The position numbers were made by a program, and so were the translations under genes. Positions 12,208-24,065 of a stretch of DNA of 64,000 bases are shown piece after piece. The DNA lies in assembly GCA_035221665.1 (NCBI GenBank), contig CM069162.1, forward strand, positions 6,634,001-6,698,000. Direction: 5' to 3'. Source of the DNA: Okamejei kenojei (lineage: Eukaryota). The notes under the pieces were generated by a model. The model was not told the origin of the DNA and did no database searches. It saw only the letters and a list, made by a program, of their open reading frames with translations. Each line of letters begins with the position of its first letter. Position 1 is the first letter of the stretch.

Positions 12208-12779
12208 CAATCCAACTTGAAGGCTAGCTCAACGAGCCACAGAGTCACCATCTGCAGTGAAACCATCCTTTAATCCTCTGTAACTCGTATACAGATCAAG
12301 ACACTGGCAGCCTGGTCCAAACAGCCAACGGAGATGTGTCACTCTGCCGTTATGGCCGGGCAATGGAAGTAAAACTGTAGCCAACCCATTTCTATCCTCA
12401 CTTGACACACATATTTGAAGGCCTGCATTTTTGTGGTGCCCAGCACATCCCTTTCAGGATATCCTTAAGCTCTTCACAACCAATAAAGCAGTCGATATTA
12501 AAATGCAGCAAATGTGACAACCAAGTCGCCCATAACAACTTCCCACACAGGACAAGGTGACCTTGGTCGAAGGTCAAATATATTGACCTGATCATGTACC
12601 AAAATAACATGGGATCTGTTACACCTGCCTGGGATGGCAGTGCCCCATTGGGATGGGAGCTCCTGCAATAGATCGTTAATGTAAGCCTCTGAGGCAGGTA
12701 CGTTAATAATGTTTATTAAAGCGGACAGCATCGTGGCACAGTGGTAGAGTTGCTGCCTGACAGCGCTTGTAGTCCTGCT

Positions 12780-12911
12780 TCAGTCTGGAGGTCATGACCC
12801 AAAACGTTACGCATCCTTTTTCTCCAGAGATGATGCCTGACCCGCTGAGTTATTCCAGCACTTTGTGTCTATCTTTGCTGTAATCCAGCATCTGCAGTTC
12901 CTTCCTACACA
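12780..12911 (+). mobile_element. PLE 3' terminal fragment
   Basis: ccagagatgatgcctgacccgctgagtt...cagcatctgcagttccttcctacaca terminus. Confidence 0.7.
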
Positions 12912-13469
12912 GTATGACTTGTCCAGCAACATCACCACTGTGAGAGCCATTGCCCTTGCGAAGGGCTTCTTGAGCTGTGCACGTGCTCACTGCAACAGGC
13001 CTGTGATTTGGAAGCTGGCACACAGGCACAATGCTCATCAAATCTTTTGAATAACATGCAGTTGTCAATGTAATTCCGGAGGATTAGCGCAGAATGAGAC
13101 AAGGACACGTCTCCCACTCAGTGCCGTCAGCTGCAGCAGTGCAGACCGACGTGTCTCCTGGCGCAGCCGTTCCGTGGGGCACTGCCCGCCCCTCTCGCCA
13201 CCCCTCTCTGCAGCGCTCATACCTCGTGCATGGGCAGGGCGTGCTGCCACCCTGGGAAGGCAGGCACTTCCTCAGGAAGACAGCTTCGACACTGCCCAGC
13301 TGTAACGGCGCCTGTCCCGGTGTGTTCCCCCCCCCACCGGGACACAGCGCCTGGCAAACGGGCGTTACAGACAAAGCTGTGGGTGGTCAGGCGTGATCTC
13401 CACTGCCATCGATCTGTGCGATTGTTCAGTTCCAGAATTCACTTTGTGCCATCGACAACGTTTACTTTT

Positions 13470-13853
13470 TGGAGATACAGCGTGGAATCGGGCGGCCAGC
13501 AATCGCCCCGTACACCAGCACTATCCAACACACCAGGGGCAAATGGCCATTTTACCAAAGCCGGTTAGCCTACAAACCTTCACATCCCTCTCGAGTGTGG
13601 GAGGAAACCGGAGCACCCGGAGAAAACCCACACGGTCACAGGGAGACCGTACAAACTCAGTGCAGGCAGCACCTGGAGCCAGGATGGAACTCGGGTCTCT
13701 GGCGCTGTGAGGCAGCAACTCTACCGCTGCGCCGCTGTTATTGTGGTGCTATTGTAAATTGTCCCTCGTGTGGGTGGGATAGTGTAAGCGTGCGGGGATC
13801 GCTGGTCAGCGCACCAATGTGCCTGTTTCTGCGCTGCCTCTCTAAACTAAACT
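13470..13853. mobile_element. HE1-like V-SINE (minus, 13470-13735) abutting a plus-strand SINE 3' half (13750-13853)
   Basis: SINE motifs in opposite orientations. Confidence 0.7.
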
Positions 13854-13857
13854 ACAT

Positions 13858-13985
13858 TGTCTGAAGGGTCTTGACCCGAAACGTCACCCATTCCTTCTCT
13901 CCAGAGATGCTGCCTGTCCCGCTGAGTTACTCCAGCATTTTGCGTCTACCTACAGTTTAAACCAGCATCTGCAGGTCCTTCCTAA
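13858..13985 (+). mobile_element. PLE 3' terminal fragment
   Basis: ctgaagggtcttgacccgaaacgtcacccattcc...cagcatctgcag. Confidence 0.7.
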
Positions 13986-14469
13986 ACTGAATTAAATCAG
14001 TTTATCCCTTGAATCTGCATTTTCCCCCTGGACTTTGAACACGACCCAGGTCCCGTGGCTCATTGGAGCCCATCTCCTGCCCGCCACTGTGTTCAAGGTA
14101 TCACGTATCAGGGCAAAACGTCACCAAAGCAGGAGGCGCCTGGGAGACTGTGAGTGTGTCGGGACTATGGTAACTTTTCATTGTTCTGGGCTTTCAATGG
14201 AGTGGAACCAGATTCATTACAATACGTTTCACTGGACTTTGTCACAGCAAGGTTGCCTCCATTTTATTAAGGCATTCACTAAAAATCTGAATTGGAGCCA
14301 ACAGCACAAGACAGGCTGGCAGGAGGAAACAAAAACAAGATATTTAATCGAACGTTTATTGCTGGGCAACTGAGGATTTTTCACTTTAACCCTTTATTGG
14401 ATTGAATTTAGAGTTCTTAGTCATCAGTGCAAGCTCTGATTTGTTCTGAATCTTTTCTTACCTCTGGTT

Positions 14470-14615
14470 TAACTCTCCCCTGACTCAGTCTGAAGAAGGG
14501 TCTTGACCTGAGAAGTCACCTATTCCATTTCTCCAGAGGTGTTGCATGACCCGCTGAGTTACTCCAGCATCTTGTGTCTATGGGAGGCGTAAACCAGCAC
14601 CTGCAGTTCCTTCCT
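14470..14615 (+). mobile_element. PLE 3' terminal fragment
   Basis: cagtctgaagaagggtcttgacc...ctgcagttccttcc. Confidence 0.7.
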
Positions 14616-14994
14616 GCAGAGGTAGAATTCACTTGTACATGGAGAATAAACACAAGTGCCTGAAGTGAAATTAAGGCCCGTTGACTGATTTCAAGTAATG
14701 TTCCCCCCAGCATCTGAGGGGGTTATGGGAGCTGGTCTGCCTGCAGCTTTGGAGGTTGCCGGAGAGGGCAGTGAGTTGAATTCCGTTTTTTGTAACAAAC
14801 AGTGATGAGAAGGAGCGGGGCGTGAAGCAGGGAGCGTGAGCATCCCGTGAATTTAGGAATGACGCGCTAACTCTTCCCGTGGCAGTGTGGCACACCCTCA
14901 TCACCGCAGTGGCGTGTCAGCCTGGGACGGTGCAAGACTCGCAGCCACAACCTTCAGATCCAGAAGGCAGAGCTGCTGCACGCATGAATGGGAG

Positions 14995-15298
14995 CGGCAC
15001 GGTGGCGCAGCGCTCGAGTTGCTGCTGTTCAGACCCGGGTTCGATCCTGACTGCGGGTGCCGTCTGTACGGAGTTTGTACCTCCTCCCTGGGACCTGCGT
15101 GGGTTTGCTCCGGGTGCTCCGGTTTCCACCCACACTCCAAAGACATACAGACGTAGGTTAATTGGCTTGGTATATAAAAAAAAAGATTGTCCTCATTGTG
15201 TTTAGGGTAGAGTTAATGTGCATGGATCGCTGGCCGGCGCGGACTCAGTGGGCCGAGGGCCTGTTTCCACGATGTATCTCCAAATTAAACTGAACTAA
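14995..15298 (+). mobile_element. HE1-like V-SINE, full length
   Basis: tRNA head, V-domain, tail. Confidence 0.85.
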
Positions 15299-15339
15299 CC
15301 TTGTAGCCAGAGTGCAGCACACATAAACACAAAAGGACA

Positions 15340-15660
15340 TACCTTCAGAATGGAGAGGAGGTGGAATTTCTTCAGCCAGAGGGTAGTGAATCTGTGGAAT
15401 TTGTTGCCACAGACGCTGGTGGAGGGGGGCCAAGTCGCCGGGTATTTTTCAAGGGGAGATTGATAAGTGACAAAGTGCTGCATCTCTGGAGATGGGTAGG
15501 TTCTCCATTAATATGGCTGTCAAAGGTTGCGGGGAAGGTTACGAATGCAGGAGAGTGGGGTTGCGAAGGAATAATAGATCGGCCATGATCAAATGCCGGA
15601 ATGGACTTAAACGGCTGAATGGCCTAATTCTACGCCTATTTTTTAATGATCTTGTGGTAT
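15340..15660 (+). mobile_element. CR1 LINE 3' end
   Basis: Encodes FFSQRVVNLWNLLPQ; CR1 3'UTR. Confidence 0.75.
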
Positions 15661-16314
15661 TATGAACTGTTGGCTGGGAACTAAGTGAGATAAATGATGA
15701 CACACAACTAATTTATCAACGATACAAGATTATAGATTCCCCATTCCATCCAAGTGGACTTTGTGTTAATGCTCTAAACACCTTCTCGCATCACCTTTTT
15801 ATCCTACCCACCAGTACCTCCTGTTTTTTTTTCCTTCCTCCCCGTTCTTATCCAGAGTCCCGTTGGTCATAATAAGCCCAGTAAAGTTTGGCTTCGGATT
15901 TGAGCAGCTACGTTCTTGACGATAGTCAGTGCAGCCCAGCTTTGGAAACTTCAATGGAAACAAGATTTTTCTGAAATGAGTCACTGAAAAATGTACAAAG
16001 TGTGGCCAAAACCTCAGAGTTAATGGATACAATTAGCTAAAGTACTTCTAATCCTCTTGTTCCATTATATTTATTGCTTTGGGTAGTAGCTGCCACTTGC
16101 AATGAGATACAATGGGCATCAAACAAAACAAGTCGCAGGCCTTCGCTCTTGTCTCGTCACTGAGTGTGCTGGTGGTACTTGGGGCGATGGTGTTGTTCCA
16201 CCAACTCCCTATGCTGTCCCTCAGAGGGGAAGTACTAGCCAGTCTTCCCATCCCCCATCACTGAAGCTTCCCCCCTCCCCCGATCCCGATGGTTCACCTC
16301 ATATAGACGCAAAA

Positions 16315-16785
16315 TGCCTGAGTCAGACTGTGCCCTCTGGTCCTACACTCTCCCACTAGTGAAAACATCCTCTCCACGTCCATTCGATCCTTTCATTGTT
16401 CAGAATTAGGCCATTCGGCCCATCAAGTCCACTCTGCCATTCAATCATGGCTGATCTATCTTTCCATCTCAACCCCATTCTCCTGCCGTCTCCCCAGAAC
16501 TCTAAACACCCATATTAATGGAGAAAATGTCTATCTCTGCCTTCAAAATATCCAATGATTTGGCCTCCACAACCGTCTATGGCAATGAATTCCACATTCA
16601 CCACCTTCTGACTAAAGAAATTCCTCCTCACCTCCTTTCTAAAGATGCGTCCTTTTATTCTGAGGCTGTGGCTGCCCGATCCTAGACTCTCCCACTAGTG
16701 GAAACATCCTCTCCACATCCACTCTATCCAGGCCTTGCCCACTATTCAGTAAATTTGAATGACGTTCCCCCCTCATCCTAAGAAA
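16315..16785 (-). mobile_element. CR1 LINE 3' end
   Basis: Minus-strand ORF2 C-terminus and 3'UTR (gaattaggccattcggccc). Confidence 0.75.
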
Positions 16786-17054
16786 CTCCTGTGTCATCGT
16801 AAACTCGCTGTGTCATTGCCTATTACACAATTGCCATTGTTAATACATTTACGTGACAAGTCCACAGTTTTGTAAAACTACCGTACGAGATTCAAGACTC
16901 CCTGATTTGTCTTGGGGAGAGTATTCAATTCTGGTCACCATTCTCGTTTGAGTTTTGAATGCAATTGTTATTCCCATGCCAACATTTTTCACATGAATTT
17001 GGCACCAAAGTGATAACTACAAGGCTAATGTGTTTCTTCATCGATGGCCGATAC

Positions 17055-17445
17055 TGCTGAAGATAGACATAAAGTGCTGGAGTAACTCAGCAGGTCGGGC
17101 AGCATCTCTGGAGAAAAGGAATAGGTGCCGTTTGGGGTTGAGACCCATCTTTTGATTGAGAGTGAGGGGAGAGGGACACCAGAGGTGTGAGAAGGCACAG
17201 AAAACAATTAGAGCTGCCACCAGTGGCCAAGGACGCCACAATGGCCCATTGGTGCCTGTGGAAGAGGTGATACTGAAGGGGTAATAACAGTGAAACTAGC
17301 AGGATGACTAGGGTGGGGGAGGGAGGGATGGAGAGAGAGGGGATCCAAGGGTTACTTGGTTAGAGAAATCAATAATCTTACCGCTGGGTTGTAAGCTGCC
17401 CGTGAAATATGAGGTGGCATCCTCCAATTTGCATTGGCCTTCACT
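17055..17445 (-). mobile_element. Penelope-like element 3' portion incl. degraded GIY-YIG C-terminus
   Basis: Minus strand encodes frameshifted KLEE..LIF..GSLQPSG..IDFS, followed by 3'UTR and PLE terminus. Confidence 0.75.
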
Positions 17446-18049
17446 ATTGCTTGTTGACACTTAAGGGGTGGCAGGTCCCGAGGGAACCTCCCATCCTCTG
17501 GTGGAAGGAGGAAAGACTAGTTGGCATCTGTCCATAGCAACCGTGACCCCTTGCCCTTTGACCCCACACTGGACATGACACTGGCTCTAAGTTGGGCCGG
17601 TGTGGGACTGGCTACAGTCCATGGTCCACAGCCAAAGCTACGTGCTAAAGCTGGCACAGTCGACTCTCTTCTCCTGAACGCTGTTTATAATGTCTGGAGG
17701 CTCCCAAAGTCTATTTCCCAGCAGCTAAAGAATTGAGGTTCGCAGGACCACTGGGTCTAACTCCTCTGGAGTTCAGACTCTGTAAACAGTTTCAGGAAGT
17801 GTCTCGACTCGAAACATCTCCAGAGATGCTGCCTGTCCCGGTGAGTTACTCCAGCGTTTTGTGTCTATTTGGGTGTAAACCAGCTTCTGCAGTTCCTACC
17901 TGCACATACTCCTGTGTAAAGTGCCGCTCTCAGTGGTAAACAATAGCAGCAAGAGGGCCATGCTGTAGAAGTACTGGGTGAGTGATTCACCTTTCATCTG
18001 CGTCATCTCTCAGTGAAAACGCCAGAGCACACTGAGGATCAGTCCTAAC

Positions 18050-18362
18050 TAACTTCAGTCTTTTAGTTCAGAGATACAGCAGGAAACAGGCCCTTCAGCC
18101 CACTGGTTCCACGCCAACCAGCGATCACCCCGTATGCTGACCCTGTTCTCCACACTAGGGACATTTTACAATTATACCAAAGCCAATTAACCTACCAATC
18201 TGCACATCTTTGGAGTGTGGGAGGAAACGAGAGCATCTAAAGAAAACCCACGCAGTGACAGGAAGAACGTGCAAACTCCATGCAGACAGTACCACTGGTC
18301 AGTATCGAACCCGGACCTCGGGGGCTGTGAGGCAGCAGTTATGCCATTGGGCCACTGCGACA
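18050..18362 (-). mobile_element. HE1-like V-SINE, full length
   Basis: Head, V-domain and tail on minus strand. Confidence 0.8.
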
Positions 18363-18419
18363 CGCAGAGACCCTGAAACTTGAAACTTCCTGAGCTCACT
18401 CACTTTGTCCAAAGAGCCT

Positions 18420-18710
18420 TACCTGTTGCTGTTATAACACTGGAGAACCGGCAGCAGGTTTACACATAGCAAGTTGCCACATAGAGTCATGTCACAAGGG
18501 CCAGGTAACTATTCAGTGATATTGAATGAGAGGCAAGTGGCAGTCAAGGATCTTCAGGATCATTCCTTCGTTCTTCCTTGAAAGAGTGCCATGGATTCAG
18601 TGCTCACCTCAGAGAGTAGCCAGGGCCCTGATTCACAATATATCCTAGAAACAGCACAATCGATGACAGCGTGGCAGGCCCCCTGTACTGCAGCACAGTA
18701 TTAGACCTCC
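18420..18710 (-). mobile_element. Ancient Deu-domain SINE (SacSINE1/AmnSINE-like), degraded
   Basis: Ordered blocks ggcagc..tttacacatagcaag, cagtgatattga, cttccttgaaagagtgccatgga, gacagcgtggca..ctgtactgca resemble the recalled Deu-SINE consensus. Confidence 0.45.
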
Positions 18711-18959
18711 CTCTCCCTCTCCCCCTCCCCCCTACCCCCCCCTTCCCCTCCCCCTTGTATATGTACACATCACCAGCTTGCTATTAAACAGTGAAGTAGG
18801 GTGGGGAGATAACGACAAACTGGAGTTTTACAGCAAGTGTTGCAAGGTGAACCGAAATTATTTAAAAACATTTCAAACTCTATTAGTTTGAACCATATCC
18901 TTAGATTGAGGATGAGATGTGAGAGGAACACCCATTCTCTTTTTACTCTCGGCGTTTGG

Positions 18960-19122
18960 TTCAGGCTGAGATAGATAGATTCTTCATTAGTACGGGTGAC
19001 AGGGGTTATGGGGAGAAGGCAGGAGAATGGGGTTGAGAGGGATAGATAGATCAGCCACGATTAAATGGCGGAGTAGACTCGATGGGCCGAATGACCTTAA
19101 GTCTGCTCCTATGGCTTATGAC
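18960..19122 (+). mobile_element. CR1 LINE 3' end
   Basis: gctgagatagatagattc...ggggagaaggcaggagaatgggg...ctcctatggcttatg. Confidence 0.7.
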
Positions 19123-20374
19123 CATACGACTGTATGTCGCCACAGAATGCAGCCAGTTGAAAATCTCCACGTTGGGCTTTACAGTAAGTGGGTCGGGTGC
19201 AGGGCCAAATCCTGCAAAATAGGATAGAGAGGATGGATCATTGTGGTATGGTGGGCTGTTGGGGGAGATTTGCTATCAATCTAACACATTAACATTCCAA
19301 TAATCCCAATTCAGTCTTATATGGAATATGATTTCTCTTTTAAATCATCAGGTTTAAAAATTCCTCCTCAGCCATTGTACTATTCCGGTCTCACTTGCCA
19401 CTTTTTCTCCCCTGTCTCAGAATTGTCACAGCAGAGAGATTTAGTTTACTGTTTCTCTACATTAATTTGATGAAGATCTTAACTAATGTATTCATAACTA
19501 CCAGAAAGATGAATTTACTCCAACTGTAATTTATCATCTTTTGTATTATCCAGATTACACAGAAATTTGTGATTTATTTGAATCCCACAAGTGAACAAAT
19601 ATTATTAACCCTTTATTTCCTTCAGCTCCTCTGCTCAGCGCCATTTATATATACGATGTTGCCTAAAGTGGTTTGTTTTTGCAGGTTGTACAAGGTCCTC
19701 ATTTGTGAAGGGCTGTTGTTGATTACATCTTCCACCGTGGATGTAGCGGGACAGATCTGATGCAAAATCGTGCCAAACTTTTTATTAAATATTTACCTGT
19801 TTTTGCTCTTCAAGACAATGAATGATCTCAACAGAAATTTGCATTCGAAACGGACAGTAGGTTATGCGACTGGGAAAGTAGAAAACCAAGAGTGTGAACT
19901 CTGAGAGCATTCAATTGCTGATAACACGTGGATATAAAGGGGTGCACACACATCGGGAAGTCCGGTGATATAGTGGGGTTCTCTGTGGTGTCATACAGCG
20001 TGGAAACAGGCCCTTCTGCCCAGCATGCCCTCACCGACCAACATGTCCCATCCACACTGGTCCCACCTGCCTGCGTTTGGCCCCTATCCCTCCAAACCTG
20101 TCCGATCCAATACAGGCACTGCATGGGTTTTACATGCCGCTGAAATGGGACTAGTGTAGATGGGACATGTAGGTTGGCACAGGCAAGTTGGGCCGAAGGG
20201 CCTGTTTCCACGTTGTGTGGCTCCGTGACTCAACATTGCAGGTGTACCCACACTAAATTGGGGTGATCAGAGCACCAATGTATCTGTACTGTGGTGGGAA
20301 CCCATAATGGGGTGGGGGTTTATATTGCAACGTTGGAAGAGATGTAGATAGGATCTGCCATGCTATGGCTCAAG

Positions 20375-20512
20375 GCCAATGGAATCAAGGGATATGGGGA
20401 GGAAGCTGGAACAGGGTACTGATTTTGGATGATCTGCCATGATCATATTGAATGCTGGTATTGGCTTGAATGGCCTTCTCCTGCACCTATTTTCTATGTT
20501 TCTATTTTTCTA
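20375..20512 (+). mobile_element. CR1 LINE 3' end
   Basis: ggaatcaagggatatgggga...cctgcacctattttctatgtttcta. Confidence 0.7.
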
Positions 20513-20556
20513 CTAGAGTGCATGGCTTTAAGGTGAGAGGGTCTCTGGCGCTGTAA

Positions 20557-21941
20557 TGGGCCTGTCCCACTCAGGCGATTGTTTCGGCGACTGTCATAGT
20601 CGCAGCAGGTCGCCGAAAAAACCGGCAACTGGACTAATGGGCCTGTCCCTCAGGCGATTTCTAGGCGACTGTTGGCGAATATGACATTGAAATTCACCGA
20701 AGTCAGCATGGCTGGCGACAGCCTACGTCAGCTGGCGACAACCTACTACATCCTGGCGACTGCCTGCATTAACCTGGCGACTGCCTACATTAACCTGGCG
20801 ACAGCCTACTACATCCTGGCGACTGCCTGCATTAACCTGGCGACTGCCTACATTAACCTGGCGACAGCCTACTACATCCTGCGACTGCCTACATTAACCT
20901 GGCGACTGCCCGAATTAACCTGGCGACTGCCCACATTAACCTGGCGACTGCCCGCATTAACCTGGCGACTGCCTACATTAACCTGGCGACTGCCCACATT
21001 AACCTGGCGACTGCCTACATTAACCTGGCGACTGCCCACATTAACCTGGCGACTGCCTACATTAACCTGGCGACTGCCTACATTAACCTGGCGACTGCCT
21101 ACATTAACCTGGCGACTGCCCATTAAATTAACCTGGCGACTGCCTACATTAACCTGGCGACTGCACATTAACCTGGCGACTGCCTACATTAACCTGGCGA
21201 CTGCCTGCATTAACCTGGCGACTGCCTGCATTAACCTGGCGACTGCCCACATTAACCTGGCGACTGCCTGCATTAACCTGGCGACTGCCTACATTAACCT
21301 GGCGACTGCCTGCATTAACCTGGCGACTGCCCGCATTAACCTGGCGACTGCCCACATTAACCTGGCGACTGCCTACATTAACCTGGCGACTGCACATTAA
21401 CCTGGCGACTGCCTACATTAACCTGGCGACTGCCCATTAACCTGGCGACTGCCTACATTAACCTGGCGACTGCCGCATTAACCTGGCGACTGCCCACATT
21501 AACCTGGCGACTGCCCACATTAACCTGGCGACTGCCCACATTAACCTGGCGACTGCCCACATTAACCTGGCGACTGCCCACATTAACCTGGCGACTGCCT
21601 GCATTAACCTGGCGACTGCCCACATTAACCTGGCGACTGCCCACATTAACCTGGCGACTGCCCACATTAACCTGGCGACTGCCCACATTAACCTGGCGAC
21701 TGCCTACATTAACCTGGCGACTGCCTACATTAACCTGGTGACAACATATGACAGCACCTACGTCAAGTTACGCTCATTAGACGTCAAACCCAAGGTCGCC
21801 ACGGTCACCAGAAAGACACTACGACTCTTTGGGCGACTGAGGAGACTATTTACGACCCTACAGGCGACACCCCGGCGACCATGTGGCAACCGCATAGTCT
21901 CCTGCAGTCGCCTAAAAAGTGGCCTAAGCAGCACAGACCTA
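20557..21941. mobile_element. PIF/Harbinger-type non-autonomous element inflated by a minisatellite, inserted in a V-SINE fragment
   Basis: Left TIR tgggcctgtcccact after TAA (20554-20556); degenerate right TIR (about 27/37 identity) followed by TCA; flanks rejoin to SINE ggcgctg-taa-ggcagcaact. Confidence 0.7.
20711..21745. repeat. 21-bp minisatellite, about 49 units, CCTGGCGACTGCC(T/C)(A/G)CATTAA
   Basis: Direct reading; explains the repetitive ORFs (INLATAY / TLTWRLP). Confidence 0.95.
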
Positions 21942-22569
21942 TCAGGCAGCAACTCCAGCACCGCGTCACTGAGCTGCCCGACGTGCCAACAATATCTGTC
22001 ACAGTCGAGAGTGTGTAAGCCTCATGGAAAGCCGCATCAATACTTTGTGAGGAATGTTTCTGGGCAGAGCTGGGTGTTTATGTTGCAAAGCTACTCAACA
22101 TGATTGAGGTTCTATAACTTGAGAGTAACTCTGCCGTTTATGTGAGAGGGGTTTCTGGAATTCAGGCTGTTCGCGGAGATGACAGAAAATGGTATATTTT
22201 TCTGTTCAATAGAATTTTCCTTTAGCAGCAGAATTTTCCCTAAACTCACTGATTTCTCCCGTGACCAATGACTGAAGGAGGCCAGACTGCAGAGAGCCGC
22301 ACTGCTTGGAATCTGCTGTGGACTTTAAAGGTCATTTATTGCAGACTAGAATATTGTAATTCACTCCTAGTTCTGGGCACTGGGAAATGTTGCTTCTTCC
22401 ACTGAAAATCCCTTCATGCAGTTCTCTCCCCAACTCCCCCAGTCCCATCAACATGTGCATCGTTCCCCAGTCCCCGCAGAACCTGCCTCAGATTCACTGC
22501 CGAGACCATTCTGGGCACGGCCACTGTTTTTTTTTAAATATGAAAAATAAATGTAATCAATTATTTGCA

Positions 22570-22918
22570 GGATGCGGGAAGACTGTTCCCGATGTTGGGG
22601 AAGTCCAGAACAAGGGGGTCACAGTTTAAGGATAAGGGGGAAGTCTTTTAGGACCGAGATGATAAAAACATTTTTCACACAGAGAGTGGTGAATCTGTGG
22701 AATTCTCTGCCACAGAAGGTAGTTGAGGCCAGTTCGTTGGCCATATTTAAGAGGGAGTTGGATGTGGCCCTTGTGGCTAAAGGGATCAGGGGGTATGGAG
22801 AGAAGGCAGGTACAGGATACTGTTGGATGATCAGCCATGATCATATTGAATGGCGGTGCAGGCTCGAAGGGCCGAATGGCCTACTCCTGCACCTATTTTC
22901 TATGTTTCTATGTTTCTA
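22570..22918 (+). mobile_element. CR1 LINE 3' end (young)
   Basis: Encodes GHSLRIRGKSFRTEMIKTFFTQRVVNLWNSLPQ; (tttctatg)n tail. Confidence 0.85.
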
Positions 22919-22984
22919 TTTACAATAATATGAAACGATACGAAACAAAAGCAATAAACACACCTCCATAACGCTAAAATAAAA

Positions 22985-23278
22985 GGCGGCACGTTAGTAG
23001 AGCTGCTGCCTTGCAGCGCCTGAGACCCGGGTTGAATCCTGACCACTGGCGCTGTCTGTCTGCGCGGAGTTGCACGTTCTCCCCGTGACAAGCGGGGCTT
23101 TTCTCCGAGATCCTCGATTTCCGCACACACTCCAAAGACCTACAAATGTTGCAGGTTAATTGGCTTGGTGTAAATGTATGTAGGCTATTGTTAATGTGCA
23201 GAGATCGCTGGGTCAGTGCGGGCTCGATGGGCCAAAGGGCCTGTTTCCAGCCTGTATCTCGAAACGAACTAAACTAAA
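22985..23278 (+). mobile_element. HE1-like V-SINE
   Basis: Head, V-domain, tail. Confidence 0.8.
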
Positions 23279-23477
23279 TATTCTTAAATACTGAGTGTGA
23301 AACAACTGTCACAATCCGTGTTAAGGATACATTCCCGGATCCCCCCAGGGTGCCCGTGGACACGGGTACACCCTCTCTAATGCCAGCCGGCTGTGGACCT
23401 AACCCCGGTGGACCCCAGCGCTCCGTTGGTCACTGCAATCAGGTCTCAGGAGAGGAGCTCGTTCGTGGTTAATCGGT

Positions 23478-24065
23478 GGCTACAGTGGTGTAGCGGGTAG
23501 AGCCAGACACCCAGGTTCCATCTTGACCTCGGGTGCTGTCCATGTGGAGTTTGCACGATCTCCCTGTGATCGCGTGGGCTTCCTCCAGGCGCTCCGGTTT
23601 CCTCACACATCCCAAAGATGTGATAGTTTGCTAATTAATTGCCCCCCCCCCCTCCACCCCCCTTCCCCCCTTGTCAAATTGCCCCTAAATTCGAAGGAGG
23701 ATGAGAAAATGGGATAACGTAGAACTAGTGTTATGGGTAGACAAAAGTGCTGGAGAAACTCAGCGGGTGAGGCAGCATCTATGGAGCGAAGGAAATGGGC
23801 AACGTTTCGGGCCCGAAACCCCAAGGGATTACAGAGTTTGGGATTACAGAAATAGGCAACGTTTCGGGCCGAAACGTTGCCTATTTCCTTCGCTCCATAG
23901 ATGCTGCTGCACCCGTTGAGTTTCTCCAGCATTTTTGTCTACCTTCGATTCTCCAGCATCTGCAGTTCCTTCTTAAACAACTAGTGTGTTTGGTGATGGG
24001 TGGTCGGCGTGGACAGGCGGGGAGAATGACCTGTTGCCACGCTGTATTTTTTCAACTGAACTCGA
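23478..24065 (+). mobile_element. HE1-like V-SINE interrupted by a PLE fold-back
   Basis: V-domain at 23535-23615; tail resumes after 23987. Confidence 0.7.
23732..23978. mobile_element. PLE-derived fold-back element (family B) with one internal unit
   Basis: Inverted arms plus ~37-nt one-sided tail ending ttcttaaaca; 9-bp TSD aactagtgt at 23723-23731 and 23979-23987. Confidence 0.8.

Noticed and set aside
20672-21400. 242-aa ORF (longest in the window) with INLATAY/TLTWRLP repeats
   Set aside because: It is a read-through of a 21-bp minisatellite inside a MITE, and the repeat peptide switches frame at unit indels.
20711-21745. CRISPR-like regular repeat
   Set aside because: Units are head-to-tail with no unique spacers, there are no cas genes, and the context is vertebrate.
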